Assembly: GCA_905178155.1 (NCBI GenBank)
Contig: CAJINV010000002.1
Coordinates: forward strand, 10,586,709-10,650,708
Source: Amoebophrya sp. A120
Lineage: Eukaryota; Protista; Dinoflagellata
DNA: 64,000 bases
Direction of reading: 5' to 3'
The notes under the pieces were generated by a model. The model was not told where the DNA came from. It did no database searches and saw only the letters and a list, made by a program, of their open reading frames with translations. The position numbers and the translations under genes are program-made. Within the stretch, counting starts at the first letter, position 1. The number at the start of each line of letters is the position of its first letter. Of the stretch, positions 46,283 to 58,807 are shown piece after piece.

Positions 46283-49200
46283 TCATTTGATCCCATGAAA
46301 GATCTTTGCGCGTCGCTTCGCAGCACGGCCGTATTTCCTTCCACCCATACCGAAGGCGCTGCGGTCTTGCTTTTTCAGTCGCTTGCCGTGGTTGATCTTC
46401 CATATCTTTCTGCCGGACAAGGGCGCCAATGTTTCTGGGTCCGCAGTGCTGTCTTTTCGCATAGAAATCTTGGCCATCTGCTCTGTCGTGACCACGGGCT
46501 TGCCGCCCTTGCGCTTGCGGTAAGCGGTGGTGGTGTTCTTGGCCTGCTGCTGCGCGATTAGCTCGTCGTTGTACATCAGTCTCCGTCGCTTCTTGTCGTT
46601 CGCACCTGAAATGCTGTCGCCGCCTCGACCAGGGCCGCCCTCCGTGCTCTTCGCTTCCCTTACTGCCTTCGCGACGGGGTCCTCCTGTGCGCCGGCGAGA
46701 GATTTCGGAACCAGGTACTCCGGAAGATATCTGTTTGTATTTATCACAATTCAACAATTTTCTCTTTCTGAAAACGTAGCCTAATGATGCAGTCAAATAG
46801 TTTGCAAGGACGAACAACAGATGAAGTACTTCTACTTAAACACGCGTACTACTTGAAAGGACGAAATATGAACTGTACCTCAGGTGCGAATTCTTGTGTT
46901 TATGCTTGAGGTCTCGCTGGGACATGCGCAATGCCCGGAGGTCCTGGGGGTTCTCCTCAAAGTACTTCTTTAACCGCTGGCTGTTGACTGCCTCTGCCTG
47001 CAGTTCGCGCAACCGCATGGCGGTAACCGCCTTCTTGGTGACCTGCTTCTCCACATCGCGGACTCGGTAGCGGAGCTGCTCAATCGAGCATACGTCGAAC
47101 GGAAGCCTCTGAACTTGGTTGCCGTTTTCCCCGCTTGCACCGCGCCCTGGAAGATGATGAAAACGTTGTTTTTACCATGGCACAACAATCATCACGGACA
47201 GGGTAAAATTTTCACATCGCTACTATCGCATCATGAAATACTTCAGTATTGATCATATTCAAACAAGTCCTCCCATCTATGTACCAAAGAGCTTCTCCGC
47301 GTTTTCCGAAATGGCCTGCATCATGCGCAGTTGGCTCTCGCTGTGCACGTCGATTAAAGTCAACGCTGTGCCGTCGTTTTTGCCTCGCGCCGTGCGGCCG
47401 ACACGGTGCACGTAGGAGCGCAGGGTTCTCGGTGCGTCGGCGTTGATCACGGTGCCTACGTCTTTGAAATCCAGACCCCTTGTTGCGGAAAACTGGGCCT
47501 GCAGCCCGGACTTCGCGGCGACCAGTTTATCCTTACGGGTGACCCGCTGCTCTTCGTCGGAGAGAAAATCCTCGTCCTCCGAGTCCTCCTCTTCGTCTTC
47601 ATCGTCGTCGTCCACTGTAAAGTGCGAAGATTTTGATATAGCATATAACGATCGCTTGTATACACACAATTCTCGCACAAATCTCAATCTCAGGATCAGG
47701 AAGGCTCATTGAGGTCACAAATAGAACGAGCATCGTATAAAAATCGAGCAGCAATCAGTACTGTCTTCTCCCAAAAGCTCAGCGTCGTCTGCTTCGCCGG
47801 CCTCCTCTTCGTCGACGTCGGAAAAATCGGACCCAAAATCAGAGTCTTCTTCATCGTCAGCCTTTTTCTTTTTGTCGTCTTTGCTTGTCTTTTTCGCGGC
47901 GGCTTTGGAGCTTGTCGTCTCTGATGGGGTCTTTTTCTTTTTCGCCTGCTCTTCCTCTGAAATGTCCTCCTCAGAATCATTTTCTTCTGATTCGCCGTCA
48001 TCTGGATCTGCTCCCGAAGTTGCAGCGTCGTTGTCGCTTCCGTCCTCTTCCATGTCGAGATCTTCTTCCTCGAGCTCGTCGTCGCCCTCTTCTTCCTCGC
48101 TGTCAAAATCGTCCCCATCGTCGCTGTCCTCCTCCTCCTTTTCCCGTTTTCGCTTCAGCGCCGCCTGGTGCTTTTCCCTTTGCTGCTCCTTTCGCGCGTT
48201 TTCCTCCTTCAACTTAGCAATTTTTGCCGACGGGACGTGGTTTCTACCGATTTCCGGGTCGCCCAGCTGAATGCTCAGCGTTGAGTTCTGTCGCTCCTTC
48301 TTCTTCGGATTCAGTGTCGCCCCCGCTTCCGATTCCGAAGAACTTGCATACCGGTACTCCATGTCGAGCGATTCCTCGGAAGTTTCCTCGTCGCTGTGGT
48401 CTTCTGCCTTGCTTTCGTTATCGTCAACGTTCTTGGAACGCGCATTCTTTTGTGAGGACTTTTTCTTTTTCTTGCCGAAATCCAACACGTCAAAGCCGTC
48501 GTCCGTCGCAATGCAGACGTTGGTCAGCCCCTGGTTGAAGCTCTGGATCACGTTCTGCCGGCTCTCGAAGCTCAGCTCGTGGTTCAACACCGAGCTGGCG
48601 ATGGCAAACTTGTCGAGGAAGAGCTTGAGTTGGTACGCGTTCTGCAGGTTTTTCACGAAGATCAAAATCTTGCCGCTGACGATCTTCAGCCGCAAGAAGG
48701 AGTACAGGGTCAGAAGCTTGTCTTGCTTCAGGTCCAGCGGGAGGTAGAACTGCGTCAACTTCCGGTTGAACACCGGGTCGTCCTCGTCTAGCGGGTTGTC
48801 GATTCGGACCGGGTTGTGCAGAAGCAAACTGGTCAGGGACTCGACCTGAATTTGTTAAGATAATTTCTTCAAACAGGATCTAAATTCCGAAAAACCCTAA
48901 CCACACAGAATCAAGCAAAAAACGATGAAGATAAAGTCGCAGTAGTAATACCTCTTCGGATAGCGTTGCGGAGCAGAGAAAGGTTTGGAAGTGGGCTGTT
49001 GGCAAGTAGGTTTTCAGTTTCTTGTATCATATGCAAAAACGTCCCCACCCCATAGTCAAGATGGGGAATCGGCTAGACAAGTCCACGAGTTTTGGCTGCT
49101 TTGCATGACAAATTTGGAATCGCAGTGTAGTGCTGTTTGAGGTAGTTCAGCAGCACCACAGATCTAGTATGTCATGCTCATTGGCGCATTACAAATTCCA

Positions 49201-50229
49201 AAACACGACCAGTAAATGCTTCGCATGGAGCTCCACATGACAAACATTTTGAGCATGCAGATTTGCATGACAACTCTGGGGTGGAGACGTTTTTACACAG
49301 GATATCTTGATCGCTTCTTCGTACCCGTAAACGCACATCAAGTCCGCCTCGTCAATCACCAAGGACTTCAGAGACCGCAGCACGCTCTGAATGTCGCCCG
49401 TGCGCAACTGCAGCAGCTGCAACAGTCCGGTGGGCGAGGTGACAAGTACGGTCGGTAACTCGGCGCGTTGGAACGGCTCCCCACTGATGTACGCCGCGAC
49501 GGAGACCTTGTCGTAGCAAAATTCGAGTAGTTTCTCGGCTTCTTCCGCAATCTGCTGGCACAGCTCCTTACTGGGGACCAGGACGACGCCACGGAGGGTT
49601 TTGGCGTCGGACGAATTCGTTTGCTTCGAACTACTCGAGGAACTTGTGGAGGGGCCTCCCACCGTTTCATCGAGAATGCGTTGCAACATCGGGACAAGAA
49701 ACGCCATCGTCTTGCCACTTCCCGTCCGTGCGTTACACAATACGTCCCGCCCCTGCACCGCCGCCGGGATGCTGGCGCACTGCACGGCCGAGGGCCGCTC
49801 GAACATGGCGCTCAGAGGCTGCACCAGTCGCCGGTCGAGATTCAGATCGTCCCAGGATTTTTGTTCTGCCTCCTCCTCAGATGCTGTGGCGCTCTCACCA
49901 CTTTCTCCCTCAGACGACTCCTCCTCGTCAGAGGAGGCTTCTTGTTCCTCGTCGCTCTTACTGACAACAGTGGTAGCTGCGTCGGCATCAACATTCTGGT
50001 CGTCCTCCTTGTCCTCGTTTGCGCTGTCCTCATCCGCAGAGTCATCGTTTTCGGGCTCCGACTTCTCATCTTCTGATTTTTCTTCCACAGGTACTGCTGG
50101 CTGCTGCTTCGATGTTGTGGTGCCTGCTTTGTTTCCCTTGACTGCGGGAGTCGTTGCATCTTCCACCTTATTCGCCTGCTTGCTGGCGGCAGCAGGTCCT
50201 TTCTTCATTACTTTCTTTTTCACTCCCAT
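46283..50229 (-). CDS. DBP9: DEAD-box RNA helicase DBP9/DDX56 (60S biogenesis)
   Basis: Q motif, ARTGSGKT, PSKEL, DEAD, SAT (after E3 removal), RGLDF, YVHRVGRTAR, LRYRV, YFEENP.DL, HLRYLPEYLVP. Four GT-AG introns plus E3. Confidence 0.92.
49025..49304. mobile_element. Introner/MITE E3 (280 bp, TSD TCTTG)
   Basis: tatcatatgcaaaaacgtccccacccca ... tggggtggagacgtttttacacaggata, flanked by tcttg at 49020-49024 and 49305-49309. Removal gives DEADLMCVYGYEEAIK-KLKTYLPTAHFQTFLCSATL. Confidence 0.95.
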
Positions 50230-50956
50230 TTTCGACTTTGAAGTAACGTTCAAAAAATCATCGATGTCAAGGTGTCGATGTCTGAAGTGAAAGTAGTTGA
50301 GAGATGTTTGCGCGCAAGTATAAAGCTTGTCTAGACTACTTATTTCACTGTGTTGTAACCATCGAGAAATACACGATTCTTAAGGAACAGGGTTGCAGCA
50401 GGATTTTTCGATGGATCCACAAATTCGATGACAGCAGGTGATTCATATCCTGATCGAAAGCGAATACTGATTTTGTTTCGGATCCTTTGAGGAGCCCGCA
50501 CTGGATCGTCCTCGAGAGCGTGTACGAAATTTCGGAGGTTTGTCTGTCTTGTTTTTTTGTTCTCTAGGGACCATCACGAGATCTGTCTTTGTTCGTTTGA
50601 ACGCGTCAGAACTTTTTTGAATCTTGTACTACACACAGTAGGTACGTGTCCTACCTTCAGCTAGACCTATTTCGATCAAAGTGGCTCCTAGCCTTTCAGC
50701 CAAACAAAAAGAACCACGAGCGACAAGCAGCTTCAGTCACGCTGCGTATCTAAAGAGTGAGCGCGATTGCTTCACAGGTCGTACATTTTTACAGATTTTT
50801 GCTTTGGATCGATATCAACGAAGGAAAAAAGGTTCGGCAGAATTGTGCCAGTTTAAAATTTGTTCGCCCGCCGTCCTCGGGGCTGTAGTAATCTTGTGCA
50901 TTTAAGTACAACAGCACCCCTGGATGAAAAGAAAAAAAAGACTGCAGCTTCGTTCC

Positions 50957-53091
50957 TTACAACTCGTTTCTGTTTTTCAAGAAGTTTTCCAGCACCGAGC
51001 TGCTCGAGGGTGTCATCGGCTCCACGTCCGCGGCGACGGAGATCGACTCGATGCCCGAGTCATTGGTGCCCCGGGCAATCCGAAAGAAGCCGCCCTCTCC
51101 CCACTCCGGGCCCCACGAGTTTTGCACCTTCCAGTACTTCTGGCCGGAGGTGGAATCGACGCCATAGCCAACGAGCAGCACCGCGTGGTCCACCCGCTCC
51201 CACTCCTGGTGGATGGGCTCGCTTGTGCAGAGGAAAAGTCACAGCCAATAGTTCTTGTCACACATGCACATGAATGGAATACTTCATGACTTCTTCATGC
51301 TTCCCATCGCCGTGCTTAGCCTAAAAATTTCACATCATCTTCGTCATCATGGTCATCATGTGAGCCCCCTGGCCGTACCCGATGTTTCCTCTACCATAGC
51401 ACCCGAAGTCGACTGATACACTCCCTGGTTGTAATACATGAAGTCGTCTTTGGGCTCGAAGGACACGACGACCGGCCCGTTGTCGACGAGTTCTTGCATG
51501 ATGTCCAGCTCGTCGCTGCCCCCGTAGTAGCCGCCAATGTACCGGTGGTTCACGGCCCGGTACGACCCCGCGGAGTTTGCGTCCCCCTCCCCGCCCTTGA
51601 CGCAGTCGAGCGAAATCGGATCCGCGCAGCTCGACGCGGTGCTGTACTGCATGCACTTCGCCGGGATCAGCCCCACGTCCTCCGACCACTTGGACTGCAG
51701 AAACGCGTAGCCCCCGTTGCAACCCTGGTTGTACTCACTGCAGTGCAGGGGAAACGCGATCGAAAAGGGTTCCAGGTTGTTGTTCCGTTGCCGCACCCGG
51801 TTCCGCGCGGACAGCATGCGGATCGTCGCGACCGTGAAGCAGGACCCGCAGTCGCCCTGGTTCACGACGTCGTCGAGCACTCCTTTCTCTTCCCAGTCGA
51901 ACTCTGGGGGAAGCTCCGAAAAGTCAGAAATTTTGCTACGCGTCGTATGAGAAGTTGTTGTACTGGCGTCCCTTTGCAAAAAACTTGTCGACGAGGCGAG
52001 TGTGGTACTTTCATTACTCGTCGACCGCAACCGGCGCTGATTCTTTTTCACCTGCGCGAGCGGCAGCCGCCGCTTGATCCCCGCCATCTTGTTCAGCTCC
52101 TTTCGGGTTTTCCCGACCATGTTGGCGTACACCTCTGCCGTCCAAGTCTTTCCACCGGTAGATTTCGATTTTTGCAGTCGCTTGTGCGACGTGGCTGTTC
52201 TTTTCGTCGAAGCAGTTTCCTGCAAAACGGAGAAATCATTCAGTCGGTTCACCACCGACTCGTGAAACGTATGGTCCAGCGTCCTGCTGTCCTCATGTCC
52301 AAACAAATTGCTTGTGCTTTGTTCCTCCCGGCCGAGACTGTGCAAAAACAGATCGTTCATATTGTCCGAGGCCATGGACACTTCCGGAGATGAGGAAGTG
52401 CTCGCGGTGCTGCTCTCTTCTGAGGACGAAAGGTCGTTCGGGAGTTGTGGAGACTGATTCTTTCGACCGTAGTAGCAGCCGTAGTTGCCGCCGTCTCGGT
52501 CGTGGTACCAGCCGGTCAGCGTTTCGTCGCATTTGGTCTGGTTGCGCCCCAGTGCGTCCAAGTCAAAGCGCGAGAAGGCGAAGAAGACCTGACAGGATGA
52601 ATGATTTGACGACGATGTATTTCTGTAGTTGAAAAGATTTTGCAAGAGACACTCGACCGAGGTCGTTGGTGGAAAAAAGGCAGAAAAGATTCTTAGAAGA
52701 TGGAGTAGGAGACTCGGCTGTTCATAAGTACTTTGTTGTCCACGGCGACTTCGAAGCCCTCGTCGTAAATCATGGTAAACGTCCCGGCGACATCAGTGTC
52801 CGTCTGGGCTCGGTTGGGCATGGACAGCGACACCTTCATCTGCCTGTTTCCCCCTCCTGCGTTACTGTCCACAACCAGATCTCGCGGGTTTGGCTCCCGC
52901 TTTTCGTTGTCTGGCCGCCCATGGCCGCAGGAGGACCGCTCCGGAGACGGCTCGGACAAATAGAAGGTCCAGTCGCCCTCAACTTGATGCCGTAGGCAAT
53001 GCACGGGGAGGTCGGCGGACACGCCGGGGAGAACGGTCGAGCCGAGTGCCAGCAAAAAGAACCGGTGCGAATTTGTCTGAGGAGAAGCCAT
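50957..53091 (-). CDS. CTSC: Cathepsin C / dipeptidyl aminopeptidase (DPAP-like)
   Basis: Signal peptide, then DLPVHCL...WTFYL and [10 protein letters not shown] (exclusion domain); NQGDCGSCF (catalytic Cys), [16 protein letters not shown] (His), QNSWG (Asn). Two introns. Confidence 0.95.
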
Positions 53092-53634
53092 GGCTTTGAC
53101 TCTCCGCGACCCACCTGTATCGGTGACGTCGGGAAGGAAAGTTTATGCAGGAGGCAGCAGTAAGTTTATTAAACTTTGAGCTTTTTTCTCTCCCTCGACA
53201 TGATCCTTTATATATTGTCCTGTGTCTCTCGTGGCTCACGCGCCCTCCGGAGCAGGAGCACAGCGTCTAGTGGGTTTTGGGTTGTGTGCAGCAATGAATC
53301 CAAATGAAAATAGAGAACCAAGATCCTTTTCGTTGTGCGTGGCTCCGCATCTTTATTTACAATGTCGCCATGCGCCATGACCATGCGCGGAGCAACTACG
53401 AACACATGATATACTTACAACACTACAGTTGCAAAAACACAAGGATGCACAACGAACCAGCACAGTATCTTTGCGATATGATGATGTCGTGCGCTAATCA
53501 CTCATCTTCGTTTCTGCGCTGAGTTTTTTCGCGTTACGAGACCAAAAGGCCGGACGCCTGCATCTTCAAAGCGCAGTGAAATAAACATAAACTTTCAAAA
53601 CACGCATGTTTTCTTCGAAACCTATGTATCAACC

Positions 53635-54509
53635 CTAGTCAAGCGCATCTACCGGCCGGTGCATCACAGCAGAATCAGGTGGAGTTCGCCCTAATTGATT
53701 AATTTCTCGCAGATTGTTCGCGATGTGCTCCACCGCGTCACTCTGTTTCGTCAAAGCCTGCTGCAGCGCGTCAAATTTTTTCAGCAAGTTTTTGTTGATC
53801 AACAATTTCAATCCGTTAATCTTGTCATTGGCCCCCGGATCGGGCTCCGGCACCAATTTCCTGGTCTGCGCCGCCCACTTGTGCGCCGCGTCGAGCTGAG
53901 TCTGCAATTCTTCCGTGGTCTCGATTGCAAAGCTCGTTGTCGTCTTTGGGAAAAACGCCGTTCTCGGTAAATGACGTGGCTTCGAAGATGGTATTTTCAC
54001 AAAAAAAGTCACGGCTCCGTGACTGTACTCGACGCCAGGATCAAGACCAAGAAATAACTCTGCTGCGCGCCCACCAAGCATGGACGACCTAGTAGAGCAG
54101 CAAGACCAAATGAACTTTAGGCAATTCTCCCGTTGTTCTTTTGCGGCGGGCCAGGTACTCAGTAGCAGCTGCTCTCCTACAAAGCGCTAGTGCCTTCCTT
54201 GATGTCAGCGACAAACTTCCGCAGGCGATCGTGCCGGTCTGGGAACTGTTCCAGGTGGGACTTCAACAGATTCCACTTTCGCAAAAACGTGTTCGCTTCC
54301 TGGTAGAACTGGTGTCCAGCTTCCTTCGCGGCCTCCTTCTCGTCCGGATTGGGCTCCTGCTTCACAAACTTGTCGGCACGAGACGCAGCGCTTTGCAGGT
54401 CACCTGGAAGACCCTGAAGAAGCGTGTCGCGCTTAGCTTTCCAAAAGCCCGGGACGTCGAATTCTGCGGCCGCGAAACTGGTAGAGGACAGCAGCTCCCG
54501 CAATAACAT
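53635..54509 (-). CDS. Two-exon hypothetical protein
   Basis: ORFs 54177-54509 and 53635-54081 join in frame through a GT-AG intron (TT|GTAGGA...CTAG|G). Confidence 0.6.
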
Positions 54510-54952
54510 CTATCAAGTATCCGCTTTTCTGTCTTCACTTGCTTCCGGATGGAACGAGTGTCACTACTTTCTTTTCAAAAACGATCAACAAAAAGCTCAT
54601 GTACTAAAATCACACTAAGCCACCACTTCGATGGATCGCCTCCTCAGAAGTTAATAAATTCCTTGTCGCATAATTTCAGTCACATTCGCGATGACATTGC
54701 CCCACGAACAAATCACTCGAGTACAATGTTTCCTCCTCTCCACATTCCAAAACTCAGCGAGCAGCTCATCACAACCGTCCAAACATACGAGCGACGAAGG
54801 AGTTCGAGACGATGGTAACCCACCTGCAACGAACAATTGATGCCGCACGATCCCGATCATGTTGCGTAGTTTCGATATCAGGCAACTCCTCTTTTATGAT
54901 CGCACTGTGCGCACATCAAGATTCTCGATTTGTGTTTGTCCTCTATTCTTAT

Positions 54953-57900
54953 TCACAGCGTATCACGATGCGTTTCCGCCTTCAGAGCTCGCACCCCGTT
55001 TCTGAACTCGCGCAGCGCCTGCTCAAACCTCGCCTGTCGCTCTGTCACAAACTCCCGCACTCGTTGCATCTGTTCACTCTCCGTACGCAGGCCGCTGGTG
55101 TAGCTTCTCTCGTCCTTGCGCAGATGGAACAGAACGCGCTCGAACTCGGCTCGGCATTTTTCGTCAAAAACCAGTTGCTGTTCCACCTCCATGCACAGGA
55201 AGCGCGAGCGAATAAACGGGTCCTGGATTACCAGCTGTCGTCCGTCCTCTCCGTAATAACTCGGCACGCCCCACCGGTTGGTCGAGTCGCGGTCGATTGC
55301 GTCCTCCTTCGTCCGTAGTTCACTGCAGTGGATCGCGACGACAAACTTCTCGTGCGGGAACTTGGTCCGACTGCGTTTCGCGGGATCCTGTTCATCCTCC
55401 TTGTGGCTCACTAGGAAAGACCGGCTGGTAATGTTCCCCAGCACGCTGGTGGTCGTGTTTGCGCAACTTTTCCCGCCGTTCTCGCAGCCGAGGCCGTAGA
55501 CCCGGCGGACCGCTGGGCAATACGTCCCGGCTGCTGGATCGAGCTCTGTGAACGGCGCGCGCTCGAAATTGGTCTCGTTCAGCTTATCCTGCTGCGCCAG
55601 GTCCCTTTTCATTTTCTGTTGCTTAATGCCTCCGCCGTAGAACTGCAGAAACCCAAGCCAGAGCCTGGTCAGTGACAACGGTTCTGCCTCCTCGTGAGCC
55701 TTCCCGTCCTGCGGCTCATTGCAGGGCTGCAGTGTGTCAAACCAAGTGTCCCAAACGCCGCGCTCTTCTACTAGGTACGGGTCGCTTTTCTGGTCCACGT
55801 CGCTTGTTTTATTCGCGTGGCTGCCATCGCCTTCTTCTACTGCGTTGTTGCTTTCTTTCTTTTTCTCCGAAGGCTGTTCCAAATGCTGCAGCTCCAGCTC
55901 CTCTTCCGACGTCAGCAAGTCGTCCTGCATCCATTTGGGAAAACCGCTGTTGTTTTGGTCTCCCGAAATGCTAATATCGGTGCCACCAGAGCCCAAAAGT
56001 TTGTTGCTCTCGAGAAGCGGCGTCAGCCCGCAGCTACTCGCCGGCGAGGAGGTGTGCAGCGGATGCTTTTCCCGATCCTCGTGCAGCACCGGCAAGATCC
56101 CCTGGCACTGGAAAAAGAAGATCACCATCAGATTGTAGGCGTAGGAAGAGAGGAATCCGCTCTGGACACCTACGAGGTTGTTTGCTTTCGTCCACGACTT
56201 CACCAGAATCGCGAGCGCGCGGCAGTAGGGGTTTCCGCTGTACCGCTTCAGCAGGGACGTGTTGCGCACGGCCATCTCGTTGTTCACCGTAAAGTCGAGC
56301 TCCAGTGCCTCCGCACCTCTTTGGTATGGAAAGCACGTCTTGCACTTTAGCACGGGAATCTTCGCGTACTTCACCAGTTCGAAGTCGAAGTAGTTGTCGC
56401 CCTGGTCGCGCTGGAGGTCGTTTGCGAACATGTCCAAACAGAGCGCTTTCCGTTCACGGTCCCGGTTCTGCGACTCCTTGTCGAAGCGTTTGCTTTGCGC
56501 GTCGGGGGCAAATCGCTTCCGCGCTATATCCGGAACCCAGAGCGTCACGTCCAAATCGCCCCCCGGGGCCGTGAAACCGTTGGCGCTGCCACCGTAGATG
56601 GTAATCTGAGTTGTTCAACAAGCGAGTTTGAATTGTAGCTGGAGCAGATAATGCAGTCCTAATCATCTATGTACGGATTTTTTACAAACATATGCTTCCA
56701 CCGGAAGGAATAGACACACTGAAACATCGAAAAACAAGCATGTCACTATCATGAAGAATACCATCTCCACATACCAATGCGTGTTGGTCCGGTTGCGCGG
56801 GTCGCACAAGTGCCAGTACAGCGCTTGCCGCACTTCGTGTCGTACAAACCAGCTCCACTGGTCTATCTCTTCCAGTTTTGCTCGCAGAAAAAACTTTAGG
56901 TAGAGGTCGTAATTGGGGTATGCGTCCGGCTCGTCCTCGCTCAAAGCGTTCATTTTGTCCAGATACGCCGTCTGCAGTCCGTGCGCGCGCCGCATAAAAT
57001 TGACCGACACCGCGTTACTCAATGGCTCCGCTTCTGAAGATTCAGACGAAGTAGAAAAAAGGACGTCTTCCTCCAAGTCTTCTTCTCCTTCGACGCCATC
57101 GTTTCTGCTACCAATTGCCTCGAGCGGCTTCTGCTCTTGTTCGCGGCCTGTCGAGGTGGAAAACGAGCTTTGAGACGATGCTTCAATCTTGTCGGAACGC
57201 GACCCGGAACGCAAACTTCTGGCCTCCCCGGGACGACGGAGCTGCTCGCGTCTCAGACTCTTGGTGCAACGACACTTTTCCCAAACGTCACTGACGCTAC
57301 TGTCACTGTCGACGCGCGCGGCACCACTCCCAGGTGAGCTGCTGACATCTTCTCGAAAAAAACCATCTTGCGCTTCCAGGCTGGCTACTAGCGGACTTCT
57401 GATACTACCGTCCTTGCACCAGCCGGGGGATCTACTTCGCTGTCGTCCACTTGCTGGTCCGTCTACTGCTAACGGCGATATTATCGAACTGGAACTTACG
57501 CTCCGCTGTTCGTCCTGCCCCGTTTGCTCTCCTACTCGTACAACCGCAGCAGCATCCACACCGTTTCTGTCGCCTCCCAGGGGCACTTTGTAGGTCGATC
57601 CGGTCGAGGCTGTCCTTCTAATCCTCAAGAAAGCTGTTGACTGCGCTTCTTCTTGCCCCCGTTCGCGCGTCTTCGCCTGTGCCGAGAATCTCGCGTCAAG
57701 GAGTCCTTGTCGTTCCACTTCCGCCTCCGCACCGTCGCGATCGCGCTCCTCAGACGTCTCTGACCTGCTCCTTCTTCTCCTGCTTTCCGCCTTCTCTGGC
57801 GAGTCCAGCGCTGGTATCTTCGAACCCGGCGGGAGGTACAGCTTGCCGCCAACCAGCCCGGTTGGCAGTGGAAGTAACTGCCCGCCGACTCCTGGGAGGT

Positions 57901-58162
57901 AATTGGCACGGGGTTCAAAAACGTTCGTCGCACCACGAGCCGAAGCCTGGGGCCGGCCTGCAAACGTCGCGCTCGGCGGCGGCGGTTGGGCATCATTTCG
58001 ATGAGACGCGGGTGGTCGCGGATGCAATTCCCGCGTCACTGTGGTGGATGGCGGCGTCCTGGAGAGTTGAGATACTTGCAATCGCTCCGCTTGCGATGCG
58101 ACACTTCGGAACGTATCCGATGCAGATCGGAAATCCGACTGGGCGGTCGGGTCACCGCTCAT
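54953..58162 (-). CDS. Cid1/TUTase-family non-canonical poly(A)/poly(U) polymerase with a disordered N-terminus
   Basis: IYGGSANGF...GDLDVTL (NTase G[GS]..DxD), AKIPVLK, LDFTVNN..AVRNTSLL, GFLSSYAYNLMVIFF, IQDPF (PAP-associated domain). One intron at about 56607-56761. Confidence 0.88.
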
Positions 58163-58807
58163 TTCCTGCTGCTACACCCGGCGGGCGCGTCTGCTCGTCA
58201 AAGCGTTATGGTACAGGTAGTGACGCAGCCAGTTATCACTATCATTTTTCCATAGTTACACGACCATGCGAGCACAGCGACTGTGGCGACAAGCAATATT
58301 ACGGCGAGGTCTTCTATTGCCAGTGTACTTTGGATCGCTCACACTCGACTTGAACAGAAACTGGCCCACTTGTAGGTAGGCGAAGACTACAAAAAATTGG
58401 ATTCATCCGTAAACATGTCACGCCACAAGATTGCTGGGATGAAGATCTAGGGTTCACAAAGCTTTAAAATGGTTCAAGTACATCATGAGCAGAGCAGTCC
58501 CACCACAAAATTCTGTTCGCAAATGAATCGATATCGAATCTTATCGCAGATCTTTGGAAAATAAACTGATCCGGCTTTAGGACTTCTTTGTTGTCTTTTT
58601 GCTTTGCACCTCAACACGGATGGATAGATTGTTTCTTTTCGCTTCAGACAAGCAAGGTAGTCAGAAACGGGATGCAGAGCCCAGACAAAGGCGTAGAACA
58701 CAGACAAAAGCCACACACGCGTACTTATCACATCACGACAACAGGCCAGCACAAGTGCAGCTTGTTCCAAAAGCTGGCGGGTACTTCTTCTTGTTTTTGT
58801 TTGATTT

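Noticed and set aside
56596-56766. Inverted repeat AGATGGTA/TACCATCT at the TUTase intron ends as a seventh introner
   Set aside because: No TAT...ATA ends and no 5-bp TSD; a canonical in-frame GT-AG intron explains it.
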